Positions 1-8,719 of a stretch of DNA of 64,000 bases are shown here, one piece after another (the first letter of the stretch is position 1; every line of letters begins with the position of its first letter). The DNA comes from Dehalococcoidia bacterium (GTDB lineage Bacteria > Chloroflexota > Dehalococcoidia > UBA6926), in contig OZ242203.1 in NCBI GenBank assembly GCA_965206275.1, forward strand, positions 1,480,474 through 1,544,473. Direction: 5' to 3'. A program made the translations under genes and the position numbers. The notes beneath the pieces were generated by a model that worked only from the letters and a program-made list of their open reading frames with translations, was not told the origin of the DNA and searched no databases.

Positions 1-140
1 TCGTAATCGTCCTGCAGCGAAACCCAGTTCTTCAGCGCGCCGAAGTAGTTTCCCAAATGCAAACGACCAGTCGGCCGCGCGCCGGATAGCACACGGCCCT
101 TCTTGCCGCCGGGCAGGTCAACATGCAGGCTTGAAGTCAT
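1..140 (-). CDS. trpS: tryptophan--tRNA ligase, N-terminal fragment (continues beyond window start)
   Basis: Reverse complement of 1..140 translates to [46 protein letters not shown]. This matches the TrpRS N-terminus (SGIQPSG-xTLGNYIGAxK..V.LQ.DY, HIGH-like region). Not in the ORF track because the stop lies outside the window. Confidence 0.65.
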   Translation of the reverse strand, partial: MTSSLHVDLPGGKKGRVLSGARPTGRLHLGNYFGALKNWVSLQDDY

Positions 141-230
141 TTTTGGCTCATTACTCCTCTATTTGAGTTTAGCAGGGTGGCGCATGCGCAAGTGATGCGT
201 CAGGGTCAGGTCGCACGCTACACTATCCAC

Positions 231-875
231 ATGAGCCAGATTGGGTCTAAAGCCGGTGTTCACGTATCGTCCCACCCCATCATCCAGGACAAGCTGTCGC
301 TATTACGAGATGCAGAGACGCCCGCACGTCGGTTCCGGGAACTAGTTAAGGAAATCACAATCCTGCTCGCTTATGAGGCGACTTCGGACCTTTTAACGGA
401 ACCTATCAGTGTCTCTACGCCCCTCGCGACCGCACCCGGACAACAACTGCGTGGGTCCATCGGCTTGGTTCCGGTGCTCAGGGCCGGTCTTGGCATGGTA
501 GAGGGGCTCTGGGAGATGATGCCGGATGCCGTCGTCTGGCATATTGGCCTGCGTCGCGATGAGCGCACGCTGGAACCAATGCAGTATTACGCCAACAAGC
601 CTGTCGAGCCGGACGTGCAAGCCTGCTTGCTGATGGATCCGATGCTCGCGACGGGTGGGTCTGCGTCTGCCGCCTGCGATTTGCTCAAGGGATGGGGTGT
701 GCAGCGTATACGCTACCTTGGCCTCATCGCGGCGCCGGAGGGTCTTGAGCGGCTGCAGCGTGACCATCCCGACGTGCGCATCCATATCGCCGGGCTGGAT
801 GAGAGGCTCAATGAACACGGATTCATCGTGCCTGGTCTGGGCGATGCCGGCGATCGTCAATTCGGCACAGCGTAG
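231..875 (+). CDS. upp: uracil phosphoribosyltransferase
   Basis: Motifs DPMLATGGS and IVPGLGDAGDR. The N-terminus VHVSSHPIIQDKLSLLRD aligns to E. coli Upp. The ORF opens at 177; the internal Met at 231 gives the canonical ~214 aa. Confidence 0.88.
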   Translation: MSQIGSKAGVHVSSHPIIQDKLSLLRDAETPARRFRELVKEITILLAYEATSDLLTEPISVSTPLATAPGQQLRGSIGLVPVLRAGLGMVEGLWEMMPDAVVWHIGLRRDERTLEPMQYYANKPVEPDVQACLLMDPMLATGGSASAACDLLKGWGVQRIRYLGLIAAPEGLERLQRDHPDVRIHIAGLDERLNEHGFIVPGLGDAGDRQFGTA

Positions 876-884
876 GGGAAAGCG

Positions 885-1823
885 GTGAGGATAGCCGTCT
901 TTGGCGCGGGGGCCGTGGGCGCGTACTTCGGCGGACGGCTGATTGAGACGGGCAAGCATGACGTTTCTCTAATCGCCCGTGGCCCGCATCTGGAGGCTTT
1001 GCAAACGCAGGGGCTTCGTATCGAAAGCCCTGAAGGGGACGCAGACTTGCCAACGGATACGTTCTCTGCGACCGATAACCCGGAGGACGTGGGGCAGGTT
1101 GATGCGGTGTTCGTCACGGTCAAGACGTGGATGGTGCCGGAGGCGGCCGTTGCGATTGGGCCGCTGGTAGGCGACAAGACGATAATCATTCCACTCCAGA
1201 ACGGCGTGGAAGCGCCTGACCAACTCACTGCAGAGGTTTCGGGTGGCCATGTCATCGGGGGAACATGCCGCATCTTCACGGACATCGTAGAGCCGGGTGT
1301 TGTGCGGCACACCGGCGTACCTCCGACCATCACCATTGGTGAGCTGGACGGCAGCGTGTCCGAATCCGTGGAGGAACTCCGAGTCGCGCTCTCGGACGCA
1401 GGCATATTCGCCACGGCGCGCGCGGATATACGTGCGGCGATGTGGGAGAAATTGATATTCGTCGGGCCATTGGGAGGGGTGGGCGCGGTGAGTCGTGTGC
1501 CGATTGGAGTATTTCGATCCGTTCCTCGTTCCCGGGAACTATTGGAAACGTGCATGGAAGAGATAGCAGTCGTTGCCGCTGCGGAAAGGGTCTCATTGCA
1601 GTCCGACGCCGTAGAGGGCGCGATGAAGTTGGCGGATCTGGCTCCGGCTGACGGAACGGCATCCATGCAGCGCGATATTGCGTCCGGCAAGCCATCGGAA
1701 CTGGAGGCGCAAGTCGGTGTGATTCCGCGACTTGGGCAGCACCATCACGTACCTACGCCCGCCCACGATGCGATCTATGCCGCGCTGCTGCCCTCTGAGT
1801 TGATAGCCCGCGGCCAACTATAG
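885..1823 (+). CDS. panE: 2-dehydropantoate 2-reductase (ketopantoate reductase)
   Basis: N-terminal Rossmann motif MRIAVFGAGAVGAYFGGRL, 312 aa, ApbA/PanE-like layout. GTG start. Confidence 0.8.
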   Translation: MRIAVFGAGAVGAYFGGRLIETGKHDVSLIARGPHLEALQTQGLRIESPEGDADLPTDTFSATDNPEDVGQVDAVFVTVKTWMVPEAAVAIGPLVGDKTIIIPLQNGVEAPDQLTAEVSGGHVIGGTCRIFTDIVEPGVVRHTGVPPTITIGELDGSVSESVEELRVALSDAGIFATARADIRAAMWEKLIFVGPLGGVGAVSRVPIGVFRSVPRSRELLETCMEEIAVVAAAERVSLQSDAVEGAMKLADLAPADGTASMQRDIASGKPSELEAQVGVIPRLGQHHHVPTPAHDAIYAALLPSELIARGQL

Positions 1824-1888
1824 CTGTAGCCCCCGTGTTCGCGGGCAATTCGGACGGAAACTGAAAAGAGAGAGGATATAATCCAGAG

Positions 1889-2656
1889 GTGAGCAAACTA
1901 CACGAACGACTTGAACGCGCAGCATCCGGCCCAGTTCGCCCACTCGGATTCAGCGCAGGCTCCCGCGAACGTATCCCCGTTCTCGCGATCATCGCATCCA
2001 TAGCGAAGCCGACACAGAAGTCTGTGGAGGCGGCCATTAAGGCGGGCGCAGAGTTCGTCCTGGTACCGGTCGGAGCTACTCCCAAAGCCCCGCTCGGCAT
2101 TGGCTCAACGCCGTGGGGCGCACGAACAGAGGCGCTCACCGAGAAGGCCCATTCAGCACTGCATGAGGCGGGCTGTGATTTCCTGTTTGTAGTTGCAGGA
2201 GATACACCGCTGCGCCTGCTCAATGACGATTCAATCGGCTATTACGGCATTGTGCCTGCCGATACGGATGAGCGCCGTCTGCGCGCGCTTGAACGCCTGC
2301 CCTTTGAGGGAAACGTCATCGAGGCGGACGCAGGTAAGGATCTTACCGTCGGCCAAGCCGTCGAAGTTGCGGCTGCTGCCAGTCGTCTCGCAGGGCCACT
2401 GCTGACAAAGGCGTCTGTCGACTGGGGCGCGGGAGAAATGGAACAACTACGTGACCTGGGCTTTGTCGCCGTGGTTGTTGAGGTTGCTGATACTCGTGGC
2501 GCTGCTCGAATTTCAGATCTGCGTGAGGCCATCCTTGCCGTGCCCGCGCAATCGAGACGCCGCCGGGGCCGCACGTCTGCAACCGTGCCGACAGTATCAG
2601 ATGGAGCAGCTGCTCCGCCACCTGATGAGGGTGATGACGACGATTTCGACGAATAG
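1889..2656 (+). CDS. hypothetical protein with acidic C-terminal tail (DEGDDDDFDE)
   Basis: 255-aa ORF that fills the gap between panE and gmk. No family recognised. Confidence 0.4.
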   Translation: MSKLHERLERAASGPVRPLGFSAGSRERIPVLAIIASIAKPTQKSVEAAIKAGAEFVLVPVGATPKAPLGIGSTPWGARTEALTEKAHSALHEAGCDFLFVVAGDTPLRLLNDDSIGYYGIVPADTDERRLRALERLPFEGNVIEADAGKDLTVGQAVEVAAAASRLAGPLLTKASVDWGAGEMEQLRDLGFVAVVVEVADTRGAARISDLREAILAVPAQSRRRRGRTSATVPTVSDGAAAPPPDEGDDDDFDE

Positions 2657-2674
2657 GCCCCCGTCCGTGTGCCT

Positions 2675-3259
2675 TTAGAGCCCCAGAGGTCGCCTTTCAG
2701 GCCGCACTGCCTCCCGCTCGATGATCTTCCACGTCTCCCTGACGGCGTCGTCCAGGCGACCGTCCTCGTTCACGACGACGTAGTCGAACTCATCTCGCCG
2801 CTCTATCTCACTGCGCGCCTCTTGCAGCCGCCGTTCCATCGTCTCTTGGTCCATGCCTCCACGAGTCCGCATCCGGCGTTCAAGCGTCTGGAAATCAGGA
2901 ACAGTGATGAAGAGCAGCAGCGCCTGCGGAATCAGTGCCTTGATGGAGGCTGCTCCCTGTACATCGGTCTTGACCAGGGCTATCGGCGTTCTGTCTAACG
3001 CGGCCCGGACGGATTCTCGCGGAACACCGTATCGAAAACCGTACACGGTCGCCGATTCCAATAGCTGACCGGACCTTTCCAGTTCAGCGAACGCATCCGG
3101 CGTCAGGAAGTGATAGTGAACGGCGTCAATCTCTCCCGGACGTGGTGGGCGAGTGGTTGCGGTGATTGCAGGTGAAATGCGGTCGGGGTGCTCACTCAGG
3201 ATGCGGTCAGCGACAGCGTCCTTGCCGGATGCGGACGGGCCCGACCGGACGACGATCAT
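2675..3259 (-). CDS. gmk: guanylate kinase
   Basis: P-loop SGPSASGKDAV and the TTRPPRPGEIDGVHYHFL motif. Internal Met start gives ~195 aa; the longer 3463 ORF would overlap remA. Confidence 0.85.
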   Translation of the reverse strand: MIVVRSGPSASGKDAVADRILSEHPDRISPAITATTRPPRPGEIDAVHYHFLTPDAFAELERSGQLLESATVYGFRYGVPRESVRAALDRTPIALVKTDVQGAASIKALIPQALLLFITVPDFQTLERRMRTRGGMDQETMERRLQEARSEIERRDEFDYVVVNEDGRLDDAVRETWKIIEREAVRPERRPLGL

Positions 3260-3329
3260 CTCTTGGTCGTCAAGCGTGACGGAGGCTTTAGATTCTTCGC
3301 TGCGCTCAGAATGACATGCAACTGCGCGC

Positions 3330-3620
3330 TCAGTCCTCGAATTCGCCGTCCGCGCGGTTGCCCTTGCTGGCAGAGACGCGGCCGGCAACGGTCTCCGGGT
3401 TGATGGGGGCGAGGACGACATGGCCGCTGTCCGTGATGAGCACGGCCTTGGTGCGGCGGCCATTGGTCATGTCAATGACGGCGTTGCGGCTGCGGGATTC
3501 CTGGATGAGTCGGCGTGTGGGCGCGGAGCCCGGTGAGACTATTGCGATGACACGGTTCATGATGACGTGATTGCCAAAGCCGATATGGAGTACCTCGGGA
3601 CCTAACACAGCCTCCCCCAT
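3330..3620 (-). CDS. remA: RemA/DUF370 family regulator (YlzA-like)
   Basis: [68 protein letters not shown] is a near-canonical DUF370 sequence. Conserved position upstream of gmk. Confidence 0.8.
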   Translation of the reverse strand: MGEAVLGPEVLHIGFGNHVIMNRVIAIVSPGSAPTRRLIQESRSRNAVIDMTNGRRTKAVLITDSGHVVLAPINPETVAGRVSASKGNRADGEFED

Positions 3621-3645
3621 TCCCTTGTCGTGGGGAGGCGCGAAA

Positions 3646-4950
3646 TCACGCTACGTCAGCGCCCAGTTGCTCAAAGAACGCCGGATATGAAACGTGAACC
3701 GCGTCAGCCCCCTGGATAACCGTTTCGCCTCGGGCGGCCATAGCCGCAACTGCCAAAGTCATAACAATGCGGTGATCCCCGTGGCTGCGAACGACCGTCC
3801 CCCCAAGCCGTTCACCGCCGTAGATTACCATTCCGTCCGGCATTTCCTCAACCCGCGCGCCCATCTTTCCGAGTTCTCCCGACGTGGCCGTGATGCGGTC
3901 GGTTTCCTTGACACGGAGTTCTGCGGCGTCTCGAAATCGGCTGACGCCATTGGCGTGCATAGCGGCGACAGCTAGCACGGGGAGTTCATCAATCAGGCGC
4001 GGAATAATCGCTCCGCCCACCTCAACAGGCCGCAGTTCACTGGACTCGACGGTGATGTCTGCGATCGACTCGCCGCCAACCTCTTTCTCATTGGAAATGG
4101 TCATATTCGCGCCCATTTCACGCAGCACATCCAGTATTCCGGTGCGGGTGGGATTAATGCCGACGGCGCGGATGGTGATTCGAGCATCCGGATGAACGAG
4201 GCCTGCGACGAGCCAGGGCGCGGCGGAACTGATATCGCCGGGCACGACGACGTCCGTCGCAGTCATTTCAGATGGTTCGATTTCAATTGTGTTGCCCTCG
4301 CTGCGGATACCCGCGCCCATGGCGGACACCATGCGCTCCGTGTGATCGCGGGACGGAGCAGGTTCGATGACGGTCGTCTTGCCCGAGGCGGAGAGGCCGG
4401 CGATGAGCAGGCACGACTTGAGTTGGGCACTGGCGACAGGCATTTCATACGTGAAGCCTGTTAGGTCGGAGCCCCGCACTGTCAGCGGCGCAAGCGCGCC
4501 ATCGTTGCGCCCCCAGATCCGCGCGCCCATAGCGCGGAGTGGCTCAACGACACGCCCCATCGGCCTGCCGCGCAGGGAACTGTCTCCGTTCATAACGGCA
4601 GTAAGGGGAGCGCCGGCGAGGAGGCCGAGCATCAGCCTCATCGTCGTGCCACTATTGCGGGCATTGAGGATGCGGTCAGGCTCTGCAAGGCCTTGTACGC
4701 CGTTGGAGCGGACGCGGAGAGTGGACGAGTGGCCGTCTGTAGCGCGTTCAACCTCTGTAACCCGGACGCCGAGCGCGCGGACGATGGCGAGCGAGGCGAG
4801 GGTGTCCGCGCCGCGTGGGAATCGCGTGACAGTCGCCTCCCCTTTGGCGGCGGCGTTCAGGATGAGCGAACGGTGGCCGATGGACTTGTCGCCGGGCGAC
4901 TCAATATCAAGATGCAGTGTCTTAGGGGAGGCGAGCCGTACAGTGTCCAT
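3646..4950 (-). CDS. aroA: 3-phosphoshikimate 1-carboxyvinyltransferase (EPSP synthase)
   Basis: [20 protein letters not shown] motif, 434 aa. Confidence 0.9.
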   Translation of the reverse strand: MDTVRLASPKTLHLDIESPGDKSIGHRSLILNAAAKGEATVTRFPRGADTLASLAIVRALGVRVTEVERATDGHSSTLRVRSNGVQGLAEPDRILNARNSGTTMRLMLGLLAGAPLTAVMNGDSSLRGRPMGRVVEPLRAMGARIWGRNDGALAPLTVRGSDLTGFTYEMPVASAQLKSCLLIAGLSASGKTTVIEPAPSRDHTERMVSAMGAGIRSEGNTIEIEPSEMTATDVVVPGDISSAAPWLVAGLVHPDARITIRAVGINPTRTGILDVLREMGANMTISNEKEVGGESIADITVESSELRPVEVGGAIIPRLIDELPVLAVAAMHANGVSRFRDAAELRVKETDRITATSGELGKMGARVEEMPDGMVIYGGERLGGTVVRSHGDHRIVMTLAVAAMAARGETVIQGADAVHVSYPAFFEQLGADVA

Positions 4951-4965
4951 GATGGGTCACTCTCG

Positions 4966-5955
4966 CTAACGACGGCCGCGACGGAAACGGCCGGCAAGGC
5001 GGGCGAGTCGCTCGCCGCCGAACACGCCTATGGCGCTCTCGCTTGCAGTCGGCACTTCGTCGTAGAGTCGATCCTGTTCCGTCTCGCCGACTCGTCCGCG
5101 CAGCCACGCATCACGGGCGTTGTATGCCTCCTGCAAGGCCTCTTGCAAAGCGTCACCGCCTTCGTCCACAAGTTTGCGCATCTCCTGGAGCTGTTCGACG
5201 TAGGTATCGATCCAATGGAGGATGAAATCCTTGTTGGTGGCGAAGATGGAGTGGTGCATGTCAACCGAGCCGGATGCGAGCCGAGAGACATCACGGAAGC
5301 TGCCCGCGGCCATGCGGGCCATCTCGCGCCAGCTTGGAGATGAAACGGCGGTGCGCATGAGGTTGATGGACAGTGCGATTGGCAGGTGGCTGATAGCGGC
5401 AACGAGGCTGTCATGTTCAACGGAGTCGGCGAAATACGGCTCGCCGCCGAGTGTCTTGATGAGGTTGACAGTGGTGTCGATGGACTTGGACTGGGTGCGT
5501 GGGAGTGGGATGACGGCCCACGTCGCGCCCTGGAACATGCCGGACTGCGCTCCCTCGATGCCGGGCGTCTCGACGCCGGCCATGGGGTGGCCGCCAACGA
5601 AATCGACGGTCTGCGGCAGGATTTCCTCTGCCCACTGGAGCACGGTCATCTTGGTGGATGCCGTGTCCGTGATGATTGCGCCATCGGAGAGGTTGGGGCT
5701 GATGACGGTGAATACCTCGCGGACGGCGGTGACGGGCACGGCGACGATGACGATGGACGCGTCTTCAACGGCACCGGGGAGGGTGTAGGCGACCTCATCC
5801 ACCGCGCCCCGCCTGCGTGCCAGGCCGGCGGTTTCCGGGTCCTTGTCATGGCCGATGATGTCCACGCCCTTGAACGATCCGCGCATGTCCATGCCGATGG
5901 ACGCGCCGATCTGCCCAAGCCCGATGATGGCTATGCGATGCCGTTCCGTTGCCAT
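4966..5955 (-). CDS. tyrA: prephenate dehydrogenase
   Basis: IAIIGLGQIGASIG Rossmann motif and GGHPMAG motif. Adjacent to aroA. Confidence 0.82.
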   Translation of the reverse strand: MATERHRIAIIGLGQIGASIGMDMRGSFKGVDIIGHDKDPETAGLARRRGAVDEVAYTLPGAVEDASIVIVAVPVTAVREVFTVISPNLSDGAIITDTASTKMTVLQWAEEILPQTVDFVGGHPMAGVETPGIEGAQSGMFQGATWAVIPLPRTQSKSIDTTVNLIKTLGGEPYFADSVEHDSLVAAISHLPIALSINLMRTAVSSPSWREMARMAAGSFRDVSRLASGSVDMHHSIFATNKDFILHWIDTYVEQLQEMRKLVDEGGDALQEALQEAYNARDAWLRGRVGETEQDRLYDEVPTASESAIGVFGGERLARLAGRFRRGRR

Positions 5956-5981
5956 GACCGCTCCTCCCGCGAATCGCGCTC

Positions 5982-6695
5982 CTACAGCAGGTCCTGTCCG
6001 AGTAACGCTCGCCCGATGATTTGTACAGGCGGGATGAGGATGCTGCGGAGGATGCCTACATTCAGGATAAGGTCAATGCCAATTATTCCAAAGAGGACGG
6101 TGGGGGCATATGGCTGGAACCTGAGCATTTGCCGCGCGATTTCCCGCGGGGCGATGCCGAATGTGACCTGCGAGCCATCGAGCGGAAAGAGCGGTATTAG
6201 GTTGAAAACACCGAGCAAGAGGTTGTAGACGACGATGTAGGTAAGCGCCGTGCCGAGCCACGCGCCCATGGATAGGTCGGGGTTCGACAGGATGATGCCG
6301 GTGGTGGGTGTGACATCGTAGAGTCGCATGAGGATGCCAAAGGTTGCGGCGGTGATGAAGTTTGAACCCGGCCCTGCGAAACTCACATAGGCAACCGAGC
6401 GCCGCCCACCACGCAGCATGGCGGAATTGACCGGTACAGGCCTGCCCCATCCAAAGCCGACGACTAGAAACACGAACGTCCCTGCCGGATCGAGGTGCTT
6501 GAGCGGGTTGAGCGTTACTCGACCCATCTCGCGGGCCGTCTGGTCTCCGAGTCGGCTGGCCACCCATGCATGCCCGAACTCGTGGACGCTGAGGGCGATG
6601 AGCAGCCCCGCGCCGAGCGCGGTCATGATGAACGGCGCGACACGCAAGGCAGCGCCGGGGTCCTGTCGGATGAGGTCAATGAGAAAGAAGAGCAT
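5982..6695 (-). CDS. site-2 protease family (M50) zinc metalloprotease
   Basis: HEFGHAW HExxH motif in a TM helix. Polytopic membrane protein with LDG motif (FPLDGSQV). Confidence 0.78.
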   Translation of the reverse strand: MLFFLIDLIRQDPGAALRVAPFIMTALGAGLLIALSVHEFGHAWVASRLGDQTAREMGRVTLNPLKHLDPAGTFVFLVVGFGWGRPVPVNSAMLRGGRRSVAYVSFAGPGSNFITAATFGILMRLYDVTPTTGIILSNPDLSMGAWLGTALTYIVVYNLLLGVFNLIPLFPLDGSQVTFGIAPREIARQMLRFQPYAPTVLFGIIGIDLILNVGILRSILIPPVQIIGRALLGQDLL

Positions 6696-6846
6696 GGCGA
6701 TCTATCTATGAGTATATGTGGGCTGTGCTTGACACGTTCGCGGCGTCGCGTCCACACTCGCGTTGTCTGTCGTGGCCGTTTGCGGCCCATGCTGGCAGAA
6801 AGGCGACGTTGTAGTCGCGCAAAGGGAATCCGGGGAGGGAAGAACG

Positions 6847-7737
6847 ATGGCCGATTACGAGAACATCATCTATGAGACCAAGGATGCCGCAGAGGGCAAG
6901 GTGGCGTATATCACGCTGAACAGGCCGGAGCGCCTGAACGCATTGAGCCGCCCCTTGCTTGCCGAGCTTGAGCAGGCGCTGAACGAGGGTGCCACTGACG
7001 ACGACGTTCGCTGCATCGTCATCAAGGGCGCGGGGCGCGGCTTCTCCGCGGGCTATGACATGAACGTTCAGACGACGGGGCGCGGAGGCCCTCGCCCGGC
7101 GCTGGATTCAGTGTTAGAGGACGGCCCGGCGAACATGTATCGCCGTGCCATCTGGAACAACCCGAAGCCGGTCATTGCCCAGGTGCATTCGTTCACGCTG
7201 GCGGGCGGTGGGCAGTTGGCGTGCCATTGCGACATCACCATCGCGGCGGACAACGCGTTGTTCGGCTATCCGCCGGTGCGCTACGCCAGCATGATGATGC
7301 CGATGGTATGGCCGGAGCTGGTCGGCATGAAGAAGGCCAAGCTGATGGCGTTCACCGGTTCCATGATCACGGCGGACGACGCGCTGCGGCACGGGCTGGT
7401 CAGCGACGTGGTTCCGACGGATGAGTTGGAGGAGCGCGTGTGGCAGTTAGCGAATACGATCTCTAAGCTGCCACCGGCGTCCACGGCGCTGAACAAGAAG
7501 GCTATCAACTACTACTACGATCGGCAGGGCCTGTTCGAGGCGATGGAATTCGCGTCGATGTACACGTCCATCTCCTACGCGTCGTCGCCTGAGGATCTGC
7601 CGCGCGGCCTGCAGGACGTGAACCGCGTGACGGCGGAGCACGGGATGCGCGCGGGCTTCCAGTACATGAACGATCGGTTCATCGAGGAGGACAAGGTCGC
7701 GCAGGAGCAGATGGCCCGGCCGAGTCGCGCGCCGTAA
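6847..7737 (+). CDS. enoyl-CoA hydratase/isomerase (crotonase) family protein
   Basis: YITLNRPERLNAL...GAGRGFSAGYDM crotonase signature. Start taken at the internal Met of ORF 6763. Confidence 0.8.
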   Translation: MADYENIIYETKDAAEGKVAYITLNRPERLNALSRPLLAELEQALNEGATDDDVRCIVIKGAGRGFSAGYDMNVQTTGRGGPRPALDSVLEDGPANMYRRAIWNNPKPVIAQVHSFTLAGGGQLACHCDITIAADNALFGYPPVRYASMMMPMVWPELVGMKKAKLMAFTGSMITADDALRHGLVSDVVPTDELEERVWQLANTISKLPPASTALNKKAINYYYDRQGLFEAMEFASMYTSISYASSPEDLPRGLQDVNRVTAEHGMRAGFQYMNDRFIEEDKVAQEQMARPSRAP

Positions 7738-7811
7738 GCAACCTGATCCAAGAAAGGGCAGCTGGCGGGAGGCTGTGGCATTGCCACGGCCTCCCCATTT
7801 ATGGAGATGGG

Positions 7812-8711
7812 ATGAATCCACCAACCGATAAGAGCGATATCCCAACGATGACGCTTCTGTATAACCCGACTTTAGCCGCAATCCGTGACCTTGGAGGCAG
7901 CGCGACAATCTCAGAAATTGAAGCTCATGTTATGGAAAATATGGGTCTCAGTGATGACATCCTCTCAGTGACTAATGTTAGTTCAGGGCAATCGACCTTC
8001 TACAACCGGCTGGGTTGGGCACGAACTGATCTACGAATAGTCGGACTGTTAGAGAACACTGGGACAGGTACATGGGCTCTTACAGCCCTAGGCCAAAATA
8101 CGGAAAGTGTAGATCCCACGAGATTGCGTCGACAAGCAGTGGAGAAGCTCAGATTTCAACAGCCCAAAGTATCGGATACCCCAGACGTTAATGAAGACGA
8201 ATCAGAACCCTATGGCTCCGAGTTGACTTGGCGCGATCAGCTTCTTGAGATGCTCAAAGAAATGAGTCCGTCAGCATTTGAGCGACTATGTCAGAGACTG
8301 TTGCGAGAGGCCGGCTTTACGGATGTAAACGTCACAGGCCGCAGTGGTGATGGCGGGATAGATGGGAATGGAATCCTTCAACTACAAGGCATCATTAGCG
8401 TTCCGGTGTCCTTCCAAAGCAAGCGCTACAAGGGAAGCGTAGGTGCACCAATTGTCCGCGAGTTCAGGGGATCGCTGGGTAGACAAGCTGAACGTGGCCT
8501 CCTCATGACGACCGGCACGTTTACTCCCGATGCTCGACGTGAGGCGACCCGAGAGGGTGCCGTGTTCATTGATCTTATCGATGGGGATGGACTGCTTGAC
8601 AGGCTCAAGGGCTTGCGACTTGGAGTCAAAGTAGAGATGGTCGAACAAACTACCGTTGATAGTGAATGGTGGCAATCCACTTACGGCGTCTCGCCCACTG
8701 AAACTGACTGA
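7812..8711 (+). CDS. mrr: Mrr-family restriction endonuclease (Mrr_N winged helix plus Mrr_cat)
   Basis: C-terminal TGRSGDGGIDG...SFQSKRY..APIVREF matches the Mrr catalytic core. The gene is clearly lower in GC than both flanks. Confidence 0.8.
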   Translation: MNPPTDKSDIPTMTLLYNPTLAAIRDLGGSATISEIEAHVMENMGLSDDILSVTNVSSGQSTFYNRLGWARTDLRIVGLLENTGTGTWALTALGQNTESVDPTRLRRQAVEKLRFQQPKVSDTPDVNEDESEPYGSELTWRDQLLEMLKEMSPSAFERLCQRLLREAGFTDVNVTGRSGDGGIDGNGILQLQGIISVPVSFQSKRYKGSVGAPIVREFRGSLGRQAERGLLMTTGTFTPDARREATREGAVFIDLIDGDGLLDRLKGLRLGVKVEMVEQTTVDSEWWQSTYGVSPTETD

Positions 8712-8719
8712 GGCTAACG

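Noticed and set aside
393-1690. Long antisense and overlapping ORFs (for example 393..959-, 857..1690-, 9887..10972-, 18852..20024+, 50030..51205-, 53060..54853-, 54881..56224-)
   Set aside because: All lie opposite to or out of frame with strongly supported genes (upp, panE, CoA-transferase, ppsA, giant protein). They are R/G/P-rich low-complexity translations typical of high-GC DNA.
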